NCBI RefSeq assembly: GCF_025526975.1
Contig: NW_026515676.1
Location: 186,001 to 250,000 of the forward strand
Source of the DNA: Fimicolochytrium jonesii
Lineage: Eukaryota
DNA: 64,000 nucleotides
Direction: 5' to 3'
Part shown: positions 1-12,688 of the stretch, one piece after another
Position numbering within the stretch: position 1 is the first letter of the stretch
How the letters are laid out: every line of letters begins with the position of its first letter
The notes under the pieces: model-generated
Told to the model about the DNA's origin: nothing
Database searches by the model: none
The model's input: only the letters and a program-made list of their open reading frames with translations
Made by a program: the position numbers and the translations under genes

Positions 1-62
1 CTGTATTAGAGACCATGGATGGGAAGATGGACACGCATGTTAGAAGATAGTACCAGACTTAC

Positions 63-3000
63 CTCGATCAACGGATCTGCAAGTGACCCCCGCTGGAACT
101 GCAGTCGGCGGACTTCGCGACGGAGTTTCTGGACTTGGAGCTGGTACGCCTGGTAGAGATGAGAGCGTACATTGCGACGTGACTTAGCATTGATATCCCT
201 AGCCGTTATTTACCGACGCATAGAAAACTCCGCGATCTTTACCTTTTTCTGTCTATCCAGCAATATCCTGGTGCTTTCGTCTATTTTGTGAGACGACTTC
301 GTCGTGCCGCCGCTATGAGCCTACATGTCCGACATAGATACCAAACAAGAGTCAGTTGTCAACGAGTGGAGAGTTTGGTCTCAAGATAATCATATGCCAT
401 TACACTGCGCAGTTCAGCTTCCCGTGCACGCAGAAGGTCTATGGCATGGTCGCGTTCTCCAAGCTGCTCTTTGAGCGATGCGATTTGGTAGCGAAGTTGG
501 GCGATGAGTGGCGCCGTGGCGGCGTCGGGGACGTCTTGGCGATGCGCGTGAGGTTTTTGATGCTCCTGCTGCAGTTGAGTGTAAGACCGGTGAGAAGGAA
601 AGAAGAATACACGTAGCGGGCAGCAGCAATCAAACCAACCTGCTGAACATTCGCCCTTCCTTTTGGAGGCAGCGAGGGTAGAGCCCCAGTCCCCGATTGC
701 TTATGCCCAGGTTTCTTCTCCTTTCTCTGCACTTTTGGCGACTTGTCCACCGAAGGCGATCGGTTCGAATACAATCGTGACTCCTCATCAGGCTCCCTAT
801 CACCCGTCCGCGGTCCGGCGGTGTTTGTATTGCTGTGATGATGCGGATGCACCATGTTCGCTATGGAATTCAGCAACGACTTCGATTTAGCTTTCAAAGA
901 AGTGTGTGAGGCCACGTGGTCGTTAGCGAGGTGCTGCTTCGACCCGGACGTGGACGATACATGGAAGTAACCTTCGTCGATTTCGGCGTCCACGGCGCGC
1001 GAAGATGGACGGCGCTGCGGGGTCTGCGATGATGGAATGGGCGGCAGCTGCCAGTCTGCGCTCTGATGCGCAGATCCTCGCCTCGATTCACGGCGGCTGG
1101 AGTTGTTGCTGCCTGGCCCTTGCTGCTGTCCAACGTAGTTTGCTTGCTCTCTGATATTCGCAGGCTCGTCGAAGGCGTCCATGCTGTAGCCGTAATCGTC
1201 ATCCGTCGCCGTGCGTGGTCTGATCGCGTATGCGTCGGAATCATGTCGGTTTTGATCGAGCTGGTTTGCGGACGCGGCCCGTGAAGAGTGTCGGCTGGCC
1301 TCGCGGGCCAGGCCAACGTCGACGGGTACTTGCGCCGCGTTATCATCATCAAAGGCATCCATGGTGTACCCGAAATCTTGACTGGCTGCATTTGACTTGT
1401 GCCTCCCGTTATCGTTTGCGAGCGCATTACGCGACCCACTCACGTTCTTGCGGCTCGCAGCGCGTGATTTTGCCTGCTGGTCGGTTAGCACATCCTGCGA
1501 GCCCTTCGCTGCACTGGGCTGATTCTGGTTGGACGATGCCGATGCTGCGCGGACGTTGTTGTGACTGGCCGCTTGTGATTTCGCAGGCGTATCGTTTAGG
1601 TGGGTGCGGGACACTGCCTGCGACTCGAAATCATCGGCGTATCCTTCACCCTCAGCGTCGTCCCGCTGCGTGTCACGATCCTCTTCGAAATCGTTTGCGC
1701 TATAACCGCGAACGTCGTTATAACTCGGAGTATGCGATCGGCCGGTAGATACCTCTCGCGATCGCTGTGAAGCGAGATTGGGGCGACTAGCAGCGTGTGA
1801 CGTCCCAGCCGCGTCCTGCAGCGCTGTTTTTGAGGATGTGCTACCTTCTCCACGTATGTCTTTGCGACTTGCAGCCTGCGACTTGCTGGCTTGTTTACCC
1901 AGCTGCTCCCGAGAAGCGTGCTGGGAAGCAGTCACACTCGCGGCCCCTTCCGGCCCAACGTGCCCGCTCCCTACAAAGTCGTCCTCATACCCATTCGCAT
2001 CGCCGTTTGCATCATTCGAGGATATGTTTTGCGACTGGGCCAGAAGCTGTCTCGATCCACCACGAGATCTCACATCGCCCTTGCTGGCGCCTTTCGAGTG
2101 CCGGCCTGACCCACCGCCCAGGGCGGCCGCCAGCGCATCCAAGGGAGCATGCAAATCGCGGCCGCTTGCGGCAACCGATTTGGTGCTGTTGTGCGCGCTT
2201 TTCTTCTTCGCGGCAGACAGCGCGTCGAGCGCTTCGTGGACCTCATGTCGGCTATTGGCGGGCAGATTGGCATCGTTGAGGTGTGCGCGAGAGGGATGAG
2301 TGCTTTCGGTTCCGTCAGTGTTGCTGCCGCGACGCAGGTTCGCTTCGCTCTGCGCTGCAGTCCCGCCCTGCTCGAAACCCGGGTCGTCATCGTAAGCGTC
2401 TCCTGCATAGGCTGATTGGTCAGAAACACCCTGTGCTGTTGGCTCTTGGCCGCCAACGCTCTGCTTCGACAAATGCGATCGTGACTGCGACAGACTGGCA
2501 TTTGCCGCCCCGACGTGTTGCGAACCGCGCACGTCGTTTGCTGCTGCAACGTTTTGCGAGCCACGCATGTCATTACGACTCGTCGTCTGGCCTTCGCCGC
2601 CGAGTTTCTGACGGCTCGATGCCTTGTTGCCCTCAGCAATTCCGCGTGACAAGTGCTGTTGCGAACCAGCCATATTCTGAGATCCTCGAACATCCCCCCG
2701 ACTGCCCGCCGCGGCAATTGCGTTCGATGACCCTTCAAGAGTGTTTCGCGATCCACGAACGTCCGCGCGACTCTGTTTCGGGGAGCTTGATGCCGCCGCA
2801 TTGTTGTCGAGACGCTGCGAGCCCATCAAGTCCTGCCGGCTCACAACCTGCGACTTGCCGCCCGCCAAAGCATTGTATGAGCCTCGCACATCTTGTCGAC
2901 TCGCCTCCCACTTGTCTGTAGCTAAAACGTTCCGCGAACCTCTCACAATCTGAGGACTTGTGATTTCCCCGGCGACCAGAGCGTTGCGTGATCCGGCTAC

Positions 3001-5469
3001 ATCCTGATGGTTGATATGCATTTGCGATTTGCGGCCGTCCACCCGGCCGCTTTCGAAGTCCTCGAACTCGTCTTCGTTGTAGCCAGACTGGTTGTTGGTG
3101 TACTCATCGCCTGCGGCTCGAAGGGAGTGGCGGGATTCTGGACGGCTTATAGGCCCACGTGTATCGTCAGGGCGGTTTTCGTCCTTAGTATGCTTTGGCT
3201 CGTCGTTTTGGAGCTGCTGCTGCGAGTTGCGAAGGTTGTCGCGGCTAACAGAGCGTGAGCCTGCGCCGGCATCGGCAGTTGCTAGCCGCTGTTGCGATCT
3301 TCCACGCAAGTTGTCCCGACTGACAGAGCGTGAGCCTGCACCGCCGGTATTGTGTAACTGCTGTTGCGATATTCCATGGAGATTGTCCCGACTGGCAGAG
3401 CGTGAGCCGGTGGCACCGCCATCGTTAACCAATTGGTGCTGGGACTTCCCACGTAGGTTGTCTCGACTGACAGAACGCGATCCCGCGCCGCTCGCCAACG
3501 CTTGCTGAGACCTCCCACGCAGCTTGTCGTCACTCCCACCAAGAGCAGGGCGGGAGCTGCGCATATTGTCCTGGCTATCAGATTTTTGTCGCTCTTCACT
3601 TTGCAACGCCTGGCGCGATCCACGCAGGTTGTCTCGGGTGCCAGGTTGGTGCTGCTCTTCATCTCGCGGTGCTTGGCGTGGACTTCGCAAATTCTCCTGG
3701 CTACCGGTCTGCTGACGCAGGTTATCCCGGCTACCCGACCTTTGCGGCTCATCAGCACGCAAAGCCTGGCGCGATGCGCGTAGATTAGCCTGACTGCCGA
3801 CTGGTACATTTGCTGCAGACCTGTGATGCTGCTCGGCATCTCGCAACCCCTGACGCGACCCACTCAGATTTTCCCGGCTGCCAGCTGGTATATTTGCTGC
3901 CGACTTGTGATGCCGCTGTTCGCTATTCAATTCCTGACGAGATGCCTTCAGGTTGTCCCGGCTACCGGCCTGCGCACTATCCACAACATTGGCCTGACTG
4001 GCTGCTAAGTTCGCTCGACTGCCCGCCACGTTCGCTTGGTTACCAGTCACATTCGCTCGACTACCGGCCACGTTCGCTTGACTCCCCGCCACGTTTGCGT
4101 GACTAGCCGCCACGTTTGCTCGACTACCTGCCACATTTCCGTAACTACCCACAACTTTTGATCGAGACGGCGCCGCACGCATGTCCGCCTGCGATCGGCC
4201 GACAGTATCATTCAGGGGTTGTTGAGATCGCGCAAGAGTGGCCGTGGAACCGATGGGCAATGTGGCGCGGCTTCCTGTGCCCGCGGGTCCTGTCCCGCCC
4301 GCGCCGAAATCTTCAAACTCTTCGTCGCCGTAGGCTTGCTGGTCCTGTTGGAGGTGCTGCGACTGACTGCGGGATTGAGTTTGGCCAGCGACATCGGGCC
4401 GCGATGCACCGGGGCGGACATCCTGGCGACTCGCGGCCTGCGACTCCGCGGGGCGGACCGATCCGCTGTCTTCGAACCTTTCCTGGTCGTACTCGTCGTT
4501 GCGGTTCAGCGCTGGCTGCGAGTTGAGCCGGGCCTGGCTGCCACGTACAGACACCACTCTCTGAGGCTGCTCTTCCCGCTCAGGCTCGACCGCCTCGCGC
4601 TCCTTCCGATTTAGCGCCTGCTGCGAAGTGAGTTGGTTCTGACTGCCACCTACAGACGCTACTCTCTCAGGCTGTAGCTCGGGCTCGAACGCGTCGTCAT
4701 CGTAGGTTCCAGCATCGCGCACCGAACGCACCGATCGTCCGGCAGCCATATCAGGGCGGCTTCCACGCTGAATCTGCGATTGAGACTGCGACGCATTGCG
4801 CGGGTGATCCAAAAGACTCGTACTGCCGCCAGCGACGGAATTAGTTGAGCCTCGCGTCCTGTCTCCTTCCACATTAGCGATATTGCTTTTCGATGTGGAT
4901 GCGTTGAGTGCGTCGCGGCTTGTGGAGGGTTTGATTGCTTGCAGAGACTTGCGGGATCCTCTCGCCGCTCCCTCAGCGGCAGGTTCCGATATGGGTGCCG
5001 GTGCGTAATCATCGTCTCGTAAATGATCATCAGACACCCGCCGGGCTTCCTCCCCGTCCCGAACATCCGCACGGCTGCCGGCAGCCTCGCTCTTATTGCC
5101 ACTACCTTGATTCAAAGCCTCACGGCTTGCAGCTTTAGCTCTCAGTGACGCCTTTGATCCGTTATTCCTTTTATCGTTATCTCGTCCATCCTCATTCCCA
5201 CTCTTGTTATTATCATTCCCTACGCTTTCACCCTTCAACTCCTCCTCAGCATGCCTGATCGAAGTATGCATCATCGCCGACGCCCATTTCGATATCGTGC
5301 CTGACCCCGTGGTGGAGCGGGTGGGTAGTTCCGGGTTGGACCCTGTGACGTTGGATTTGGATCCGCTAAGGCTAGATTTGGAGCCGGTAAGGTTGGGTTT
5401 CGACCCTCCGCCGCCGCTGCTGTTCAGCCCCGATGCGGTCGATTTGCGGAGACCGAGCTTGCTGAGCAT
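63..5469 (-). CDS. Large low-complexity S/G/R/Q-rich repeat protein with coiled-coil C-terminal exons; 3' end lies beyond the left window edge
   Basis: Open exon 5469-641, then GT..AG-bounded exons at ~569-402 (QEHQKP..LRYQIASLKEQLGERD..), ~321-244 and ~149-63 (AYQLQVQKLRREVRRL) that splice in frame. Many GSRxNL/SRxDV repeats. Confidence 0.85.
3215..3490 (-). repeat. Four imperfect 72-75 bp coding repeats (GSRSVSRDNLRG...)
   Basis: Repeated peptide units of 24-25 aa in the 1676-aa ORF. Confidence 0.85.
3985..4150 (-). repeat. 21-bp coding tandem repeat (NVAGSRA/NVAGSQA heptapeptide, ~7 copies)
   Basis: ccacgttcgctcgactaccgg-like units visible on the + strand. Confidence 0.85.
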
Positions 5470-7059
5470 GGCGGTAGGCTGTTTTGTAATCTAGGTGTCA
5501 GAGGATTTGGTCTTTGCGTGGTGGGTATGTCCCCGGCGGAGAGTCTCTGTGCGTCGTAAATCGAGCGAATGCCGAACTGACGTACGAACGCAGAGTTCCC
5601 GTCGATTATGTGCACTCGTCCGTCTATATATGTGTCCGTTGCTTTTTGTGGGATGTAGTTGTTCCGGGAGTTACACCGGCTGCGTGCCTCGCTCACACTC
5701 CCGACTTGCGCTGCCGATAAATCCCTTCGGAAAGCTCGGCAAAGAAAATCGGGAAGCGTTCTCAATGCCCGAAATGCGATCCACCGCCAGTTAGAACAAG
5801 AAAAGGTATCTTAGGTCGAAAAGCGCTTGGGTAAAATCGGGCTGAAATGATAACTCCCCCCAGGTACGCAACACAGTCGAGAAATTTCCGGATAAGCCTT
5901 GTCAGCAGGGATTCCTCACGGAGGCAAAATTGACAGCATTCGAAGTGAGGCCGGAGATTTTCTTTGAGGGTCCTGATTTGAGAGATTTTAACGGCATGAG
6001 GGCTTGAAGTGGGTTCGAAGAGTTGAGAGAGAGGGTTGAGTTGCGCTTAACTATGCATACTCAACCACTGGGATTGTGCGTTTTGGGATTTTGAAGTGGA
6101 AGGAGGCGGAGACGCGCGCTGTTGCTTTTGGTGAGCAAAGGTGACCTCAATCGACAGTTTGCATAAGATGGACTATAGATGGACGGACGGAACTCCAAGA
6201 CCAGGCAACTACCCGGCATAGTTCTAGGACCAGTATATTGGAGTCACCAGTGATCAAATTTATTGATGTTGCAAGCTGAATGTGTATATATACAATTTTA
6301 GTGGGTTATGATTTGTCACTCTATAGTTCAATTGTCCAAGTGACTCCTCGTCCAAAGTCAAAGTCCAGAACAATGTCTTATCCCGGATGTTATCCATGTC
6401 CTCCCCCGATTAAAGTCGATGTCAATCCCGCTCGAAAGGACATCAGCCTCATCAGGCCCTCGATCATGTCCCATTGAGGTGGAGCTTCTGGAGCGTGCAT
6501 GTCCATTCCTATTGTATATCCATCCGATTGTTGGCGTCTTGACGGCCGCGGACATCGTCCAGCTTCATAACATGAAGCTCCGCCTGCTGTACAGTCTCAA
6601 GGGCATTGAGCTCTGGGTTCAGCTTCCCTTGCCAACGCCGCCGATATACTTGCTTGGCCTCGTCTCTGCGTAGCAAGCTGACATTCCGGGTTAACGTGAT
6701 TGCCGGGTTGCCGTAAGAATCGATAGATGCTGCCGCCTTGCTGGTCCTGGATGCACACTATTGTAGATAGATTTTTGGGTAGCTGCGAGCAGTAGCGCTG
6801 CTGCTGACCAACGATCGCCTTTCCCGCCTGCCCGTCATTCGTGATCCACGAGATCAAGGTATTCCGAGCAAACATTGACCGTGCGGCAAATCAAACAGGA
6901 AAGACGATGGAGTAATGAGTGTCAGGGGCGCGACCATGGTGGCCGCGCCGGTATATGGGAGCGACGGGCCCGCCCAGGAAGGACCTCGGGGGCTCTACCG
7001 GTTGGTCCAACCATGAAATGCCGAACTGCACCGGACTTTGTGCGCAAGCGATGTTCTGG

Positions 7060-7210
7060 TGACTTTTCGAAGTAGCCCAGTGGTGGCCACAGATATGCAT
7101 ACACAGGTCTCTGATTGCCATGCTCTGGACACAACTCCTCGAAGTTTGCGAACTGCTCGCACGTGGGCCTGAACACTGACACGCCACCCTCGTCAATGTC
7201 ATATTCAGGG
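7060..7210 (-). pseudogene. JmjN-like domain relic (KDM4/KDM5-type N-terminal motif)
   Basis: GGVSVFRPTCEQFANFEEL..HG..YLWPPLGY resembles the JmjN consensus vPvFrPTxeEFxdF...G..kiiPP. No JmjC recognised nearby. Confidence 0.5.
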
Positions 7211-7689
7211 GAAGCGGCGGGGGCGGCTGTGGTCGGCGTGATATATACATTGCTGGCGACGCCGTCTACTCTTCGGCCTGGGTGTCCTGCAGGATCGCTT
7301 TCCGGAGGTATTTCACCCCGCAGCAAGGCACCGGTGGTTGAAGCTTGCAGTCTCTACCGCATAGAGAGCAAAAAGGGAGGACGGTCAAGTCCTTGTGAGA
7401 GGAGACAAGACGGAACTTCACAGCGCCGGTTGGAGGTCTCAAAAGTACGGGGCGGCTGTTGCAAACCCCGACGATGGCAGTGTTTCTCTTGCACTTCGGG
7501 CGCGTAAAGCGTCGATTCGAAGTGTCGCTTTTTGGAATCCGGGAGTATGCTTTGTCCTTATGAGATCCGATTTGTTCCTCGAGGTACCCCTCAACGGGTC
7601 GAGATAGTATACGTTGCAGCTTGCGGTATTGCCGTCACGAGACAGCCGCGAACCTCCTTCCTTTTGCATTTCATGTCTTACCAAGGGTG

Positions 7690-8010
7690 TCCTGAGTAGT
7701 GAGTATTGATCGATAATGCCGTTTCAAATCGTAGACATGGCTGCGTTCGGAGGGATGTCTGACGTAGGGAAACTGGTCCTGTTCGAGGCGGTCGCATTTT
7801 TCATTCTCGAATCGCTTGTCGGGATTGGCAGCCGTATGGCTTGATCGTAGTATGAATCGATCGATAGTGGCGCTTACGATCGTGGGACCGACGAAAGATG
7901 GCTTCATCATCCCGAGGGTTTGCATGTGAACATTTTTTCATGCGAATGCGCTTCCGAATGTGCTTTCAGCGCCCCGACCTTGCCGAACGTCCTTTCGGAG
8001 TCCTGCTGGA
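7690..8010 (-). pseudogene. Frameshifted tandem C2H2 zinc-finger relic
   Basis: Across frames: RTFGKVGALKAHSEAHSHEKMFTC / AIFRRSHDRKRHYRSIHTTIKPYGC / VYDLKRHYRSILTT, with stops, frameshifts and lost Cys/His ligands. Confidence 0.7.
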
Positions 8011-9453
8011 CCGAAATAATTTCCGCCATATGGCGTGGTTTGGCAAATTTATTGGTATTGAGCCGCGGTCGGGAGAGAAGGAGTGGCCTGCTATGCGTGA
8101 ACGTTCGACGCTCCATGTTCGACTTGGTAGTGTGTCTCCCCCTCGAGTGATCTCCCGACCCCTCTTTTTCCGTTTGGAGCTTGTGTTGGTGTTATTCCGC
8201 GCCGGTCCTGGGTCGAGCAGGCTTGCCTCGGTTCGGGGGGCGCTCGCGGAACTCCCGTGGGAACGTGCGCTGATGGAGATCAAATTCTCCGAGGAGAAAA
8301 AGGTGGGCTGCCAGGTCAATGTTCGGATGATTGCGGACATCTTGAGCGTCTCAATGCAAAAATGGGTGTGAATGCTGGTGACGGTTTTGAGTTCCGCAAT
8401 CGGTCCTAGAGGACCCAAGTGATGCCATCCATGTGCCGCACAGCAGAGGATTTCTTGATACTCCGGCGCATCTTGTAGAATGAATCGAAGAGCTCGCCAA
8501 AAAAGACCGGTAACTGCCCCCGCAATGACGAAGGGGAGCTGGAGTCGTCGAGCTCTCTTGACTTTCATGGCGACGGCACGGTGCAGTTTTTGCACTGTTT
8601 CAGAATGCGCGATGGGTGCGGTTTAGGATGGTTTCGCTGGCGCATCTGACGGAGCGGGCTGCTTTCCGTGGGTCATGAAGTTGATAATGTTCTCCATGTG
8701 TCGTAAGGGCTGGAGCTGGGGGACCCATCTCCCCGAGTGGGCAGTGAAGCTCATGATGCAGGAAGGCAAGGATTTGTTAGCGCCGGCGGATTGGACGCAA
8801 ACCAAGCTCTCTATCTGTGAACTCGTTGATGGTATTTGCGTGGCCGGGAAGCAGGCGTGTGCTGCAGGGCCTGCTGGGCTTGCTCCCTTCTGCCGCTTAG
8901 TGGTAACCAGATGAGCCGGGGGTCACGGGCGGGTACGTAAAGTGGTAGAGGAGGTTACGGAACAGTAAAAGTAAGAGACCCGAGGTGGTTGCGTGCGAAA
9001 AACGCAAGTTGTATTTGATGGCGCAACAACCTCAGTCCTCCCTACTTATACTGTGGCTAAACCTCCCCTCGCTGACGTTTTGCGCCTCCCTCTCTCTCTG
9101 CGTTCTGGGAAGCCTGTCGGAGTTGTGTTGTGGGTTATTTATTAGACTTCAAATTAAGTAATGAAAGGCCTTTCAGGAGGGTTGACGGGCGTAGTGTCGA
9201 AATCGGGGCTCTAATGGGGAAATGCGTCACTCCCTTGTGGGATTCAATCCATTCAATCCATAGTGAGAGAGCTAACCCAAACTGCGCCCAATCCCCCCCC
9301 CCCCCCCCTCGTCTCTTGCCACGTCTCTCCCGCACGTCATACCAACACTGGTCCAACAGGCAGGGCTTTCCGCAAACGAACAGGAGCTCAAAAGCCAAAG
9401 CTTTCCTGCTCACTTCCTCATCCTCATCCTCATCCTCACACACAGCAACAGCC

Positions 9454-10590
9454 ATGTCGCTCTTCAACCAACTCGTCTACTACATGCTCGTAGGAGAGCT
9501 CATCGTATACCTCCTCACGCTGGTCCCGCTCTCCTTCTTGCCAATCCAAACGTACGTACATATCTATCCTAAACTGCTCAGTTCACCAACCATCTCACAG
9601 GGTTGACGGTAGTTGGGTGTTACTGGTTGATGGATGTCGTTGGTTGATGATTGACTCACTCACACCTCCCTCCTTCACCTTAGCCGAAAGAACATGATGA
9701 ATTTAGTTTCCCGCGCCGCCCGCTCCGAGCCAGTCGTCTGGACAGCCCGTATCGTATTCTTCATCGTCGCGGGTGTCTTTCTCGATACCGTCAACAGGCT
9801 GTACCGGATGGAGGTTGAGTTGCACTCCACTGCCGCGGCGTTGGATGCGGCTGCCAATGATATGATGGGACAGAATGTGGGGGCTGCCCATCATCACCAT
9901 GTGATTGATTCGAACCCGTTGGCGAGATTGGAGCAGAAGGCGAGGCTGTTTTATGCTCAGAGGAATTTGTATCTGAGTCTTTTTGCGATTTTCATGATTT
10001 TGTGAGTATTGCGAGTGTGATTCCGAGTGCGTAGCGAGGACGAACGCGGTGGAGTGCGAGGTGCGAGCAAAGCTAGCGCAGTGTAATACCGAGCGTCAGA
10101 TCTTTGCGAGCGGAGCGAGCTTCACACACACGCAGCCCAACCGTGCTCGCTCCGCTTGCCATCCACCATCCGACCAACCGACCAACCAAGCGTCCAACCA
10201 TCGCTTTTTCGCTTCGCTTCGCATCCATGTTATCCACCCCTCACGACACTCATCACACTCACATATCCCTTTCCCTCCCTCTCGTCTTCTAGGGTCGACT
10301 ACCGCCGCATCCGCGACGTGTACCTCCAACTCAGCTACCAAGAAGAGATCGCCGCAAAGACACAAAAGATCCGGATCCTCACGCGCCAGATCGAAAACGT
10401 CACGGGCGTCACGTCCGCCGTCAGCGAGCCGACCACTTCCACCACCAAGAAGACCGCCATTGTCGCGACACCGGAAGTGGATGTCAAGCCCACGGTTGAC
10501 ACGATTCCTGCTGAGATTGCGATGGAGGATTTGAGGGATGTGAAGGAGGGGGCGAGGAAGAGGGGTGCGAATGCGGTTGTTCTTGATTAG
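9454..10590 (+). CDS. BAP31/BAP29 (Yet3-like) ER membrane protein, 3 exons
   Basis: MSLFNQLVYYMLVGELIVYLL; ARLFYAQRNLYLSLFAIF signature. Exons ~9454-9551, 9683-10001, 10292-10590. Confidence 0.88.
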
Positions 10591-10984
10591 TTGCGATCTT
10601 TGTGGAAGGCCGGACTGTCCATTATCTTCCCCTTCTGGGGCTAGGTATCGAACATTGAGATATCTCAAACGCCCATCGAGCGCGCGTAACGCCGTACGCG
10701 GCTACCCGGCCTTTTACCATATTTGTTCCCTTCTGTTTGTATCATACCATCGCATATGGCATTTGTCTCTACTGTAGATATGCAGTAATAGTATACCTTA
10801 GCTTACCCGATAAACGAGTGGGGCTTTTCGAAGCAGGGTTCGTCTTAAAGAACTAGGACAGCACTCCAACTGGAGCATCACGTGACATCGATCTCAACTT
10901 TAATTCACCTCCCATTTCGCACTCTCACCTCCACCGCCCATTTCCAATTGCGCACCAGAAACTGGAAGCTCCCCCATATTCATA

Positions 10985-12357
10985 ATGGCCGTCGAACAGA
11001 ACCCCTTACTCAACGGAGGCAACACGCTGCAGGCTATCCGCTACTCACGAGGTATGTCCCCAGGTGTCTATTTTGTCGGTCGTTATTGTTTTGTGTGTGT
11101 TTGCGCAACGGCGACTTGCTTTCCCCTTTCGTCGGAAATAACTCACCCTCGTTTTATATTGCTAGGTTCACTGCTCGTCCTCAACCAGCTGCTGTTACCG
11201 TTCGAGTCCGTGTATGAGAAGGTCGAGGATATCAAGGGCGGACATCATGTTATCCAGACGATGAAAGTCCGGGGTGGTGAGTATACCTGAATTGCGCTCC
11301 CTGGTCATATTTTTCGCAGGGTTGGAAATTAAACCCACACAATTTCCCAGCCCCAGCAATCGCAATAGTGGCCGCCCTCTCCCTCGCCATCGAACTACAC
11401 ACCACCTCTTCCACCCTCCCCACCCCCAGCGCCATCGCCGACCACGTCCACCAAAAACTCAGCTACCTAAAAACCTCGCGCCCAACCGCCGTAAACCTCT
11501 TCGAAGCCGCCGATCGTCTCAACGCTTTAGTCCAGCGGCACGCGGTAGGGGAGGACGCGACTGCCGAAAGCACCGCGTTGGTGTATATACAGGCTGCTGA
11601 GGCGATGCTGGAGCAGGATGTTGGGGATAATCGGAATATCGGGATGCATGGGGCGGAGTATATCCTCACCCACTCTTCGAATTCAGAGGGCATCCAGGTC
11701 CTCACCCACTGCAACACCGGCTCCCTCGCCACAGCCGGGTGGGGCACCGCTCTCGGCATCATCCGCGAACTCCACGCCCGGGGTAACCTATCCCACGCAT
11801 TCTGCACCGAGACCCGCCCATACAACCAAGGTTCGCGTCTCACCGCCTACGAACTCGTCTACGAACGGATCCCTGCGACCTTGATCTGCGACAGCATGGT
11901 GTCGCACCTCCTCCGCACGCACAAGATCGCGGCGATCGTCGTGGGCGCGGATCGGGTGGCGGCGAATGGGGATACGGCGAACAAGATTGGGACGTATCAG
12001 TTGGCCATTACCGCGCGGTATCACAATGTTCCCTTTATCGTCGCTGCCCCGACTACATCTATCGATCTGAACACGCCGAACGGCGACGCGATCACAATCG
12101 AGGAACGGTCACCCTTAGAAGTTGTGCAGGTTCGCGGAAGGGTTGTGGATGACGCTGCGGGTGTCAAAGAGCACGATGATGGGAGAGCGGAGGTGGTGAC
12201 GGAAACGGTGCATGTAGCCGCGCCGGGGGTGGAGGTGTGGAACCCGGCGTTTGATGTGGCGCCTGCGGGGCTGATCAGTGCGATTGTTACGGAGCGGGGG
12301 GTTTGTGTGAAGGGGAAGGGAGAGGGGGTGTTTGATTTGAGGGGGTTTTTGGCGTAG
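10985..12357 (+). CDS. MRI1: Methylthioribose-1-phosphate isomerase, 3 exons
   Basis: [64 protein letters not shown]. Confidence 0.97.
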
Positions 12358-12688
12358 GGATTGCATTAGATAGTGTTTTCGGTTCGACTGTCCAGTCGTC
12401 GTTGTAGTAGTAGGTTGAGCTATTCAGACGAGGGTAGTGCAGAAAGGAGTATCGTTGTGTTATGCGTCTGCGAGTCGTGTGTCTCTCTGTGTGTCTCGCC
12501 GCTGGAAGAGACGAGAACCACGCGCCCTCAAAAGGCCCCAAGACGGGCGTGACTTTTTGGATCCCCGCCTGACTTCCTCCTCGTCTCAACCCACCAACCC
12601 ATCATCCATCGTCCTTCCTGCCTCCTCCCATCGCCCCCTCTCCCGACTCCCACCCCAGCCCTCCTCCCCCCCCTGCATACATTCCACA

